A program made the position numbers and the translations under genes. From a virus (taxonomy: Duplodnaviria > Caudoviricetes), in IMG/VR virus record IMGVR_UViG_3300014613_000035, positions 1-47,088 of that record: a stretch of 47,088 nucleotides of DNA. The stretch is one strand, 5' to 3'. The notes beneath the pieces are model-generated. The model worked only from the letters and a program-made list of their open reading frames with translations, was not told where the DNA came from and ran no database searches. Of this stretch, positions 37,548 through 46,027 are shown in pieces. The number at the start of each line of letters is the position of its first letter. The first letter of the stretch is position 1.

Positions 37548-38312
37548 TTGACCGATGTTCGCTTAGAATCGTTCCAATCTAGTGTTTATCACCATGGGAT
37601 AGATCTAACTAGATCCCAGATAAAGAATGCTCTTGGAATGTATGTAGCGGATGTTACTGCAATTTTTAGATCTGGAATGTTAGTACAACTCAATAATGAG
37701 CAGAAAATCATTATTTGTGATGGTACTGTTCCATTTGGGTTCTCGAAGTATAATAAGACGAATATTACATACGCTGCTGTAACAGATGAATACCTTCAAT
37801 TAAATGGGGTTATTTCTACTAATCTACTGCATCCTAGTTTGTTGAATCCTTCTTTCGGAGCAGGTGTAAGGGTAGGGCTTGCTCCAACAGGTATTGCATA
37901 TACTGAGGGATCTGATTATACCGTTAATTATAATAACGGACAGATAACCAGGACACCGACCAGCATCATTCCCGATGGTGGTCGTGTTTATGTTAATTAT
38001 CAATACCAGATGACAAATCTTGAGCTTGAACAAGAAGGGCTCAATTATTGGAATCAGGTAAATGATGTAAGTGTCAGAAATAATAGAGTGTCAGTTGTAA
38101 ATGACTGGTCTCTCATATTCACTACTGCGTATGATCCATCTCAAACCTACCAAGTTAATGATATTCTGGTAGCTGGTAATGTTGCAGATGGTTTAAGTGG
38201 TTTGGTAACAAAAGGTGCCAAGGGTACCGCATTCATAGGGAGGGTTTTTCAACCTCCCACATCCTCGGACCCATATCTTGGGGTTCGTTATGTAGGAGGC
38301 ATGATCAATTGA
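37548..38312 (+). CDS. capsid decoration-like protein, paralog 1
   Basis: TTG start; colinear with 38418..39191 (GIDLTRSQIK, DWSLIFTTAYD, DPYLGV). Confidence 0.65.
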   Translation: MTDVRLESFQSSVYHHGIDLTRSQIKNALGMYVADVTAIFRSGMLVQLNNEQKIIICDGTVPFGFSKYNKTNITYAAVTDEYLQLNGVISTNLLHPSLLNPSFGAGVRVGLAPTGIAYTEGSDYTVNYNNGQITRTPTSIIPDGGRVYVNYQYQMTNLELEQEGLNYWNQVNDVSVRNNRVSVVNDWSLIFTTAYDPSQTYQVNDILVAGNVADGLSGLVTKGAKGTAFIGRVFQPPTSSDPYLGVRYVGGMIN

Positions 38313-38417
38313 TAAAAAATTGGGTACTGTCGAACCCCTTACGGTTTTCGCAAACTAACGTCTTTTCGATCTTCGACAGCGGTGTAGGATCGAGAAAAAA
38401 GGAACAGGAGGCCTAAT

Positions 38418-39191
38418 ATGGCAATTCAAAACATGGAAGCCTTCAGAGTAAGTCCTTACGCAACCGGACTCGATCTGAATCGCTCCCAAATCAAGGTGGC
38501 GCTTGGCAACTACATAGTTGACGAGACAACCCCCACAACGATTTATGCTGGTATGATTGTCCAACAGAATGTTGGCAACCAGCTAATCGAAGTTTGTACT
38601 GGTGCAATACCTTTTGGTTTTGCTAAGTACAATCGCGCTACTGCAGTAAGAGGTGTAGTGGTAGGTGAGTATGTACGAGTGTACACTGGTGTTGCTGCTC
38701 AGTTGAGTCATACCAATATCTGGGCACCTAATGCCAATGATGGTGTAAGGGTAGCGGCAGCACTCACAGGTGCAGCATATACGTTGACCACAGATTATAC
38801 TATTCAATCTGCTGCTGGTACAATTACTAATGCTGGTGTTGGTATTGCAGACGGTGCATATGTTTATGTTAATTATACATATACACTAAGTACTGCTGAA
38901 CTTGCTCTGCATGGTAGTAATTTCTGGAACTCTCAGGATGATGCACAGTATCAAGCTGGCCGATTCACTGTTGTTACAGATTGGGCAACTCTTTTCACTA
39001 CAGCTTACGATACAGCCGGTACCTATACTGTAGGTATGCAACTTTATGCTGGTCGTACAGCAAAAAACAAGTCTGGTTATGTATGTGCTGACAACACGGA
39101 GGGCCTTGCATATCTCGGTCGTTGTTTCCAAATTCCAACTGCAAACGATCCTTACCTCGGCGTGAAATTCGTCGGTGGTATGGTAGCATAA
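38418..39191 (+). CDS. capsid decoration-like protein, paralog 2
   Basis: Strong RBS aggagg; immediately upstream of the major capsid gene. Confidence 0.7.
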   Translation: MAIQNMEAFRVSPYATGLDLNRSQIKVALGNYIVDETTPTTIYAGMIVQQNVGNQLIEVCTGAIPFGFAKYNRATAVRGVVVGEYVRVYTGVAAQLSHTNIWAPNANDGVRVAAALTGAAYTLTTDYTIQSAAGTITNAGVGIADGAYVYVNYTYTLSTAELALHGSNFWNSQDDAQYQAGRFTVVTDWATLFTTAYDTAGTYTVGMQLYAGRTAKNKSGYVCADNTEGLAYLGRCFQIPTANDPYLGVKFVGGMVA

Positions 39192-39202
39192 GGAGGATGA
39201 CG

Positions 39203-40477
39203 ATGAAAACTAGAAATCCTTATAGAAGACTGTCTGAGAATCGTCGTCCTGTTTCCGGTAAATCCGCGAAACGAGGATCGGCTACGAGAACAGCTCGGAA
39301 GCAAGATGTTCGAGCTAAAATTGCACAAAAACGTCGAATGGCAGCTAGATCTCCAAGTAGGTTTACTGATAGGAGAGATGAGCGTCTATTCGAGGGCAAC
39401 GGGAACTTCAATCCTCAAAGGTATTCCCATCCTGGAAGGGATGAAATCAGGAATGCCACTAAGACCAGTCGTAGAATGTTCGACAAAACTGGTCAGATCA
39501 ATGCCCAAGACAACAAAGATGCGCTGACTCAGATTAGTCATCTGCTCAATCAAGTGACTAAGAAGAATGCTGACAAGCTTTCTTTCCATAATGTTGATGA
39601 TGGGTCCGATAAGATCAACAAAGAAGCTCGCAGAGACATTCTCGCTGCAGCTCTAACAGATCCCAGTGGTGCTGGCTGGCACATGGTTGGACAAGAGCTT
39701 GCTCTTCCAATCAAGGCTATCCTGGACTATGAAGGATTCGCAAGGAAGTTCTACAGAGTGCGTCAGCTAGGCCAAGCCGAGCTTTTCCGTATTCCTGTAG
39801 ACATCCGTTCGGTTGCTTATGTAATCGGTCAAGATGGTCAGACTCCAGAAGCTAGGATCAAATCAAAGTGGATCACTCCTACTGAGTTCAAAGTCGCTAG
39901 TTTCCCCACTGTTGATATTCATGACATCTATCTGTTGAACTTTGATGTTCTCGATAGAGCCCAAGACACTGCTCGCCAAGAAATCGAATTGCAAGAAGAT
40001 AAAGCGGGTATTGCTGCTCTCGATGCTGCTTCTACTGCTATCAATACTGCGACTACGTTCGCCAGTCTCGGCATCGGCGCATTCGAGGATGTACGTTATC
40101 AGGTAGAGCGCCACCGTTTGATGGTGGAGAACTTCCTGATCAATCGTGCTGAGTTGTCTGACATCGTGAAGACCATGAGTACTGCTGTTGATCCCGTAAC
40201 CGAGCGCGAATTGATTCTCGCGGGTTATATCGGAACCATTTTGAATTCCCAAATTCTGACCGCCGCTGGAACCGGCGTCGAAGAGGTCATTCCAGCTGGA
40301 ACATTCTACGCTGTAACTGGCGCAGATTACCTAGGAGAGATGGGGATTCGTATGGATCTTCAGAGCGAGCCGTACAATCGTTATGCAATGGGAGAAACCG
40401 TAAAAGGTTGGGCGTTTGTGGAAATAATTGGATTTGGTTTGGTAAACGCCCGTTCCTGCTCTAAAGGTTCGAAGTAA
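39203..40477 (+). CDS. major capsid protein with Arg-rich N-terminal propeptide
   Basis: aggagg RBS; PIKAILDYEGFARK, FDVLDRAQDTARQEIELQED, typical of HK97-fold capsids of large phages; synteny. Confidence 0.85.
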   Translation: MKTRNPYRRLSENRRPVSGKSAKRGSATRTARKQDVRAKIAQKRRMAARSPSRFTDRRDERLFEGNGNFNPQRYSHPGRDEIRNATKTSRRMFDKTGQINAQDNKDALTQISHLLNQVTKKNADKLSFHNVDDGSDKINKEARRDILAAALTDPSGAGWHMVGQELALPIKAILDYEGFARKFYRVRQLGQAELFRIPVDIRSVAYVIGQDGQTPEARIKSKWITPTEFKVASFPTVDIHDIYLLNFDVLDRAQDTARQEIELQEDKAGIAALDAASTAINTATTFASLGIGAFEDVRYQVERHRLMVENFLINRAELSDIVKTMSTAVDPVTERELILAGYIGTILNSQILTAAGTGVEEVIPAGTFYAVTGADYLGEMGIRMDLQSEPYNRYAMGETVKGWAFVEIIGFGLVNARSCSKGSK

Positions 40478-40489
40478 GTTCGGTTCGTG

Positions 40490-40517
40490 TTGACAACGGT
40501 TTTTGATGTGCTATACT
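40490..40517 (+). promoter_or_regulatory. sigma70-type promoter with extended -10
   Basis: TTGACA 40490-40495, 16 nt spacer, TG-n-TATACT 40512-40517. Confidence 0.65.
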
Positions 40518-40579
40518 TCCTCTAGTAGATAATTTTCTGTCTACTAGAGGAAATTACCCTAAGTCAAATAGACTTAGGA
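40517..40579 (+). terminator. two hairpins after the capsid gene (terminator or leader structure)
   Basis: 15-bp stem ttcctctagtagata/tgtctactagaggaa and cctaagtc/gacttagg; no clear U-tract. Confidence 0.4.
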
Positions 40580-40628
40580 GCCCTGATTGTGAGGATCAGT
40601 GAAATCTAACTTCCCATCAAATAATGCT

Positions 40629-40802
40629 ATGAATGACATCTTGGTATATCTTATTAAGAGGTGTTCTGCTTGTAAGATTGAAAAAACTTTAAATGGTTTT
40701 TATAAGAGTAAGAATGGTAAGTACGGTGTTACGCATCAATGCAAACAATGCATGAAAGAGTATCAAAGTTTGTATTCAAAATTCCAATTAATATTGCAGT
40801 AG
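40629..40802 (+). pseudogene. truncated Zn-finger remnant of the HNH family seen at 16580 and 20580
   Basis: KRCSACKIEK..FYKSKNGKYG..CKQC matches the first finger of 20580; no nuclease domain. Confidence 0.6.
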
Positions 40803-40832
40803 GTTATGTATCTAATGGAGGGTAAGAATAAA

Positions 40833-41015
40833 ATGATAGTTTGTGATCGGTGTTCGGACGTTGTAGAGGGTAAAGTTTCGAAAGCAAAATTGGAGTTAAC
40901 AGTTTCAAAGATTAGAAACTACAAACCTTTAGAGATGGATTTGTGTGAGAAGTGTATTGAAGAGCTTTGGAGTGCTCCGGGTATGGAAGATTACGATAAT
41001 ATCAGGGAGGGCTAA
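40833..41015 (+). CDS. small Zn-ribbon protein, duplicate A
   Basis: MIVCDRC..MDLCEKC; ggaggg RBS. Confidence 0.6.
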   Translation: MIVCDRCSDVVEGKVSKAKLELTVSKIRNYKPLEMDLCEKCIEELWSAPGMEDYDNIREG

Positions 41016-41016
41016 A

Positions 41017-41430
41017 ATGATTAAAAGAGTTTTACATTGGTTGCGATGTTGGATCACATGGTTTCCCCACAATCCTAAGCATTTTAGGCTCTCAATAACT
41101 GATCTTATAAATATAACTTTTCCGTCAATGGGGGCAAGTTGTGAGCCGTGGGATTCTACATTCACCATGGATGATCTCAATGAGGCTTATGAACTAATTA
41201 AGCCAACAATAGAGCGAAGGGAAAAGCTCGTAAAAGAAGTATTAAAGCATCCTCTAGGCCGAATGCATTTGGAAATGGTGGGTATAAATGTACCAATGGA
41301 ACTTCCAGAGTTAGTTATGCCAGTACCAAAGCAAAAGTTTTCTAATTTTGTAACATGTTATCAATATCCGTTCTTTGTTCTCAATAATGAGAAAATGGAA
41401 GATGGTGGGTATTATTATGGTGGAGCTTGA
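41017..41430 (+). CDS. hypothetical protein between the repeats
   Basis: gggagg RBS before ATG 41017 (MIKRVLHW). Confidence 0.6.
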   Translation: MIKRVLHWLRCWITWFPHNPKHFRLSITDLINITFPSMGASCEPWDSTFTMDDLNEAYELIKPTIERREKLVKEVLKHPLGRMHLEMVGINVPMELPELVMPVPKQKFSNFVTCYQYPFFVLNNEKMEDGGYYYGGA

Positions 41431-41444
41431 GAGTGAGGTCTAAA

Positions 41445-41684
41445 ATGATAGTATGTGATTGGTGTTCGGACGTTGTAGAGGGTAAAGTTTCGAAAGCAAA
41501 ATTGGAGTTAACAGTTTCAAAGATTAGAAACTACAAACCTTTAGAGATGGATTTGTGTGAGAAGTGTATTGAAGGTTTAATGATGTATTTGAATGATCTC
41601 TGTGATGCTCCAAAATCTTCGGAGTTTGTAAAGCATGCTAAGGCAGTGCAGGAGAGGAGGAGTAATGAATACTCGAAACAATAA
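41445..41684 (+). CDS. small Zn-ribbon protein, duplicate B
   Basis: MIVCDWC..MDLCEKC; gaggt RBS. Confidence 0.6.
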   Translation: MIVCDWCSDVVEGKVSKAKLELTVSKIRNYKPLEMDLCEKCIEGLMMYLNDLCDAPKSSEFVKHAKAVQERRSNEYSKQ

Positions 41685-41952
41685 TTTTATTGAATGGTGG
41701 TATAGTAAAGAAGATGTAGGTCTTCTTGTACCTTGTTCAGAAATTGGTGAAAAATTTGAGTACTATACATTCTCTATTGATAGGGAAAAAGGAAAACTTA
41801 AAATAGATGATAATTGTAATGGACTTGAAGCTGTTAAGAAGGCACTAGATAGGATTTTAGATGAAAATCCAGAAGAAATACGAAGATTATTTCATTCTAT
41901 AATTGACCATGTAGATTTAACAGATCAGCATAAGGGAGAAAATAATGTCTAA
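41665..41952 (+). CDS. hypothetical protein
   Basis: gaggagg RBS before MNTRNN. Confidence 0.6.
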   Translation: MNTRNNNFIEWWYSKEDVGLLVPCSEIGEKFEYYTFSIDREKGKLKIDDNCNGLEAVKKALDRILDENPEEIRRLFHSIIDHVDLTDQHKGENNV

Positions 41953-42145
41953 TATATCGAAGATTGATACACTTCCAAGTGGTGCAAGTTTAGAAAGACT
42001 TCCTACATGTGATTTTTGTAAGAAACCTGTAAATTTATGTGGTTCTTTACGTCCATCTGAATTTGAGATGTTAGATGGTATTAAAAAAGTAAAATCTTGG
42101 ATTTGTGAATCCTGCATTTCTGAGAAATGGGAATCGAAAAGTTAG
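41945..42145 (+). CDS. small Zn-ribbon protein
   Basis: CDFC..ICESC. Confidence 0.6.
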   Translation: MSNISKIDTLPSGASLERLPTCDFCKKPVNLCGSLRPSEFEMLDGIKKVKSWICESCISEKWESKS

Positions 42146-42153
42146 TTTGACAA

Positions 42154-43038
42154 ATGAAGGATGTGGACACACTTCCAGAAAGGATTGCAGTTTTGAATAA
42201 AGATAATAAATTCATTTCGTACACACATCCTGCCCGTATACGTAAAATGTTGAAAAAAAAGAGAGCAGAAGTGTTCTCAACAGACCCGTTTACAGTAAAA
42301 CTAGTAGACGGAGGAGGAGACAAGGTTATGAAACCTATGATCACGAATTTCACTAAGTATTTTAGTGGAGAAGAGAGGGACGTTTATGTCCAAAACCTTT
42401 CTAACAATCAGGTATCGATTCAATTTGAAGTGGGTCCTGGCAGATATGAGTCTGTTTTGGTGCCGAAGACCAGAAGGCCGCTCAATTTGACCCAGCATAT
42501 TCCTTTCGAGGCTATCAAGAGGAGTACTGATATTAGGAAGCTTGTTAACAGGAGACCTCCTGCATTGCAATTGATGACTGAGGCCGAATATACCAAATTT
42601 TATGAGGATTTGGCTACGGCTATGAAAACCAGTGTAGAGGAGGAGATTACAAAATCCTTGGAGCTTCAGGCACAATTGATGGATCGGCGGATTCCTGTAG
42701 CTAAGACTGAGGCAGAGAAGCCTAAGACTATCGACCAGATCGAGCAAGAGAGATCGGAAAATCCCGAGGAAGCTGCTGAAGCTCAACCACTTCCTCAAGT
42801 AGTTGGTTTATGTGCCCGAGTAGGGGTGGATATATCTCCAAGTGATAAGCTCAAAGCTGGCGAAATGATGGCTGAATTAGAGGGTATGGAAGGTGAGTTG
42901 AGATCTACTGATTATGAGTATTTAACTTCCATGGGTCACTATAGGGTTATTAAAAAGTGGGCTTCTGCGCGAATGGTTGGTGAAGCTTCTTCAGAAGAAG
43001 AGGGTGAAGAGGGTGAAGGTGAGACTATAGAAGAATAA
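42154..43038 (+). CDS. phage protein with N-terminal RRXRR/PLMP-like segment; possible internal start at 42328
   Basis: VLNKDNKFISYTHPARIRKMLKKKRAEVFSTDPFTVKL; internal ggaggagg before MKPMITNF. Confidence 0.65.
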   Translation: MKDVDTLPERIAVLNKDNKFISYTHPARIRKMLKKKRAEVFSTDPFTVKLVDGGGDKVMKPMITNFTKYFSGEERDVYVQNLSNNQVSIQFEVGPGRYESVLVPKTRRPLNLTQHIPFEAIKRSTDIRKLVNRRPPALQLMTEAEYTKFYEDLATAMKTSVEEEITKSLELQAQLMDRRIPVAKTEAEKPKTIDQIEQERSENPEEAAEAQPLPQVVGLCARVGVDISPSDKLKAGEMMAELEGMEGELRSTDYEYLTSMGHYRVIKKWASARMVGEASSEEEGEEGEGETIEE

Positions 43039-43157
43039 ACTATAACTCAAATCGTCTTTTAATCTTTTAAAGTTATCTTTCTTTTACGTTCCCTAACTGT
43101 ATTATTGTTATACTCAACTTTGTAGAATTGTATTTTCTATTAGGAAAGGTATGAAAT

Positions 43158-43622
43158 ATGGGACAACCTAGAATAACTGAAAGAATAGTAACTTTAACGG
43201 CTGCTGGTGGTGCAGCACCTGCTTTAAGATGCTGGGATGCTTCTGTTGGTGAACCAATAAAAAATTTAGCTGTAACCATTTCTAGTAGAGGTGAAACTTG
43301 GGCTGCAGGTAATCTTACTTGGCAAATTTTTTATGGAGGTTACTGGTTAGTGGGTGAACCTTTTGTTATAGGTTCTACTCATGCGGGTGGAGTAAGCCAA
43401 GGTACTGCGGCTATTGCTGGTGGTGCTATTGTTCAGGAAGAAATATACACTGATGCTGGTCCTTTTTTACCTAATAGGATTATTCAACATCCGAGTGGAG
43501 ATGGAGCACTTGCTAGAGGAATGAATGGAGTTCCTATTGTATGTTTATTAACTAATGCTAAGGCAGTTGCATTAACAGTTTATATAACTTTTCAATCTGA
43601 GACAGTTGCTGACTTTAGATAG
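43158..43622 (+). CDS. putative structural protein
   Basis: G/A/T-rich beta-type composition, late-gene context. Confidence 0.5.
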   Translation: MGQPRITERIVTLTAAGGAAPALRCWDASVGEPIKNLAVTISSRGETWAAGNLTWQIFYGGYWLVGEPFVIGSTHAGGVSQGTAAIAGGAIVQEEIYTDAGPFLPNRIIQHPSGDGALARGMNGVPIVCLLTNAKAVALTVYITFQSETVADFR

Positions 43623-43654
43623 TAATTTATAAACCAGGAGTAGAGGTAAATAAA

Positions 43655-43972
43655 ATGAAACTAGGCATCTCAGACAAAGGTTTTAGAAGAATATCTCAAG
43701 AGATGGCAGATGGTACTTCAGGTGAAAGAGAATTACTTAATAGTGCTGTGGAATCACTTAAACAAGAAGATATTCTAGTAACTATGAGTGAAGTAGAATA
43801 TCTTATAGATATGCTTAATAACACTCCCAGTGGTGAGAGGGCGGTTAGTATGTTTTTACGAACTGATTCTGAGTGGCGTTTAAACGCAGATGAGGTTACG
43901 AAAGTTTTAGATATATTAAGTCCTGCTGCACATGAAATGTTAGATTACGATTTTGCAAGAAGTCAGGAGTGA
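43655..43972 (+). CDS. acidic protein with shared N-terminal leader
   Basis: MKLGISDKGFRRISQ. Confidence 0.7.
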   Translation: MKLGISDKGFRRISQEMADGTSGERELLNSAVESLKQEDILVTMSEVEYLIDMLNNTPSGERAVSMFLRTDSEWRLNADEVTKVLDILSPAAHEMLDYDFARSQE

Positions 43973-43975
43973 GTT

Positions 43976-44296
43976 ATGGGAAGCATTTTTGAAGCAATAA
44001 TAACACCAGGCATGGCAGGATTAGCTGCTGCTGCAATAGCGATTATGTTCTTTATAGGGAAGATTCCTTATAAGGGTGGTAAAGTTAATGGGACAAAGCT
44101 CTGGAAAAATTGGGGTGAATTCCTCCTGGTGGCTTTGTGTATTGGCGGAGCATTTACTCCTGGTGTATCGGACATACCTGTATCTAAGTTCGGGGCGATC
44201 ATAATTTTTGGTATGATTTCTGCTCTTGTGGCTCATCTTGGCAGAAAAATTCTGAAGCCTATAATTTTGGCTAAACTCGAAGGAAAGGAAGAATAA
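43976..44296 (+). CDS. three-TM membrane protein (holin-like)
   Basis: Three hydrophobic helices, charged C-terminus, 106 aa. Confidence 0.5.
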   Translation: MGSIFEAIITPGMAGLAAAAIAIMFFIGKIPYKGGKVNGTKLWKNWGEFLLVALCIGGAFTPGVSDIPVSKFGAIIIFGMISALVAHLGRKILKPIILAKLEGKEE

Positions 44297-44297
44297 A

Positions 44298-44951
44298 ATG
44301 AAATTCAAAGGCATATCAGATCAAGGTTTTAGTAGATTGGCTAAGGTTATTAAAGGTCAAGGTATGGGTGAATATGATGAAATAGGAGATCTACAAAGGG
44401 GTATTTCTCAAGTAGGGTTATATTATGACTTTGCGGATGATTCTGCAGCTACAAATATTCTAGCTGATCATTTTGCCGATCCTGAGAATTGGGTTATTAT
44501 GGAAGGTGGCGGTAAATGGGGTGAATCTCTCATGGATAAGATTAATATGGAGGCCATTAGGGGTACAATGACACCTTATGAGAGTAAATCTCTGCCAAAT
44601 GGCGATATTGCTTATAAGGCATCTGATGGTAATGGTGAATTAAATGCAGCAGGAGTTCAACTTCAAGATATAGTTGCTGCTCTTGCCGATTATCCTCTTC
44701 TTGATGATGAAGCATACTCAAATGCTCAGATGGATCAAGCTTTAGATAGTATTGAGTCAAATGGTTGGGGTCTAGTAGATGAGGCTAAAGCTCCTGAGAA
44801 TTGGCCCAATGAGGTGTGGACTTGGTTATGGGAAAATAATCAGATGGCTTTAGAGGGCAATAATCAAGGTGAAATTGATGTTGAGGAGAAAGATATCAAA
44901 GAAGCTCTTCAAGAGCTTGGATGGCTAATGGCCGAGGAAGAGGAGTACTAA
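44298..44951 (+). CDS. acidic protein with shared N-terminal leader
   Basis: MKFKGISDQGFSRLAK; ALADYPLLDDEAYS. Confidence 0.7.
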   Translation: MKFKGISDQGFSRLAKVIKGQGMGEYDEIGDLQRGISQVGLYYDFADDSAATNILADHFADPENWVIMEGGGKWGESLMDKINMEAIRGTMTPYESKSLPNGDIAYKASDGNGELNAAGVQLQDIVAALADYPLLDDEAYSNAQMDQALDSIESNGWGLVDEAKAPENWPNEVWTWLWENNQMALEGNNQGEIDVEEKDIKEALQELGWLMAEEEEY

Positions 44952-44952
44952 G

Positions 44953-45720
44953 ATGAGAGTCTCAGGAATTTCCAATAAGGGTTTTAGTAGGATTGCTCAA
45001 AGGGTAAGCAAGACTGCTGGTACAGAACCTCGTGTGTATGTGGGAACTTACGGAAAATATAACTCTGGAAGTATTGATGGAGCTTGGCTAGATTTGAGTG
45101 ATTATTCAAGTTTAGAAGAGTTCTACGAGGCTGCTAGAGAGCTTCATAAGGATGAAGAAGATCCTGAGTTTATGTTCCAGGATCACGAAGGTATTCCTGA
45201 AGGTATGATTAGTGAATCTCATATAGATCCTGCATTCTTTGATTTCTTGGCGCAGACTTCTGATTGGGATGATGAGCAAAGAGAAGCCTTCGATATTTTC
45301 ATGGAGTATATGTGGTCTGGAAGTGGTGAGCCTGATGATGTTACCAATGCTCTTACTGCGTTTGAAGATTCCTATCGAGGAGTCTATAATAGTATGGAAG
45401 ATTATGCTCTTGAGTTTGTAGAGGATATGGGAGGTCCTGAGAATATAAGTAATCCTGAATTTTATTTTGATTATGAGCAATTCGGAAGAGATTTGGGCTT
45501 TGATGGTTATTACGAGGAAGAGGGTAGTGTTTATGATCAAGATGGAGAAGAAACTGGGTATAGTACTATAGAAGAGATGATCGATAGCTGGATGGATGAT
45601 GGTGTAATTGCTGGTGAAACTATGTCTCGTTATTTTGATTATGAGAAATTTGGGAGAGATCTCGAATTAGGTGGCGATATGTATTTTAGAAATGGCCATG
45701 TTTTCGATAATAATTATTAG
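44953..45720 (+). CDS. ardA: ArdA-family anti-restriction protein with shared N-terminal leader
   Basis: VYVGTYGKYNSGSIDGAWLDL..DEEDPEFMFQDHEGIP; FEDSYRGVY; YFDYExFGRDL twice. Confidence 0.9.
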   Translation: MRVSGISNKGFSRIAQRVSKTAGTEPRVYVGTYGKYNSGSIDGAWLDLSDYSSLEEFYEAARELHKDEEDPEFMFQDHEGIPEGMISESHIDPAFFDFLAQTSDWDDEQREAFDIFMEYMWSGSGEPDDVTNALTAFEDSYRGVYNSMEDYALEFVEDMGGPENISNPEFYFDYEQFGRDLGFDGYYEEEGSVYDQDGEETGYSTIEEMIDSWMDDGVIAGETMSRYFDYEKFGRDLELGGDMYFRNGHVFDNNY

Positions 45721-45749
45721 AACTCTAATCCTTTAAGGAGGAAATAAAT

Positions 45750-46001
45750 ATGAGACTCAAAGGAATTTCAAAACAAGCTTTAGGCAGGATTGCTAGATCC
45801 GTTAAGGGTCAAGAAGAGGACAAAGTTTTTGAGCCCGCAGGTCATCCTTGGGATATGGCTGATAAACTTAGAGAAGTTCTAGGTGATGAGCAGTTTATTA
45901 ATGAGCTTCTAAAGGCTATGAGCCACGAGGAGGCTGTAGAGAATCTTCAGTTTATAGCACAAAACTGGGATATTTCGTTAAGCGATAGAGAAGAGTACTA
46001 G
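45750..46001 (+). CDS. acidic protein with shared N-terminal leader
   Basis: MRLKGISKQALGRIAR. Confidence 0.7.
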   Translation: MRLKGISKQALGRIARSVKGQEEDKVFEPAGHPWDMADKLREVLGDEQFINELLKAMSHEEAVENLQFIAQNWDISLSDREEY

Positions 46002-46027
46002 TCTCTTTATAAGAGAGGAGTAGAGTA

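Larger units (their letters stand above)
40829..41574 (+). repeat. 134-bp direct repeat (40829-40962 and 41441-41574)
   Basis: Two mismatches by eye. Confidence 0.9.
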
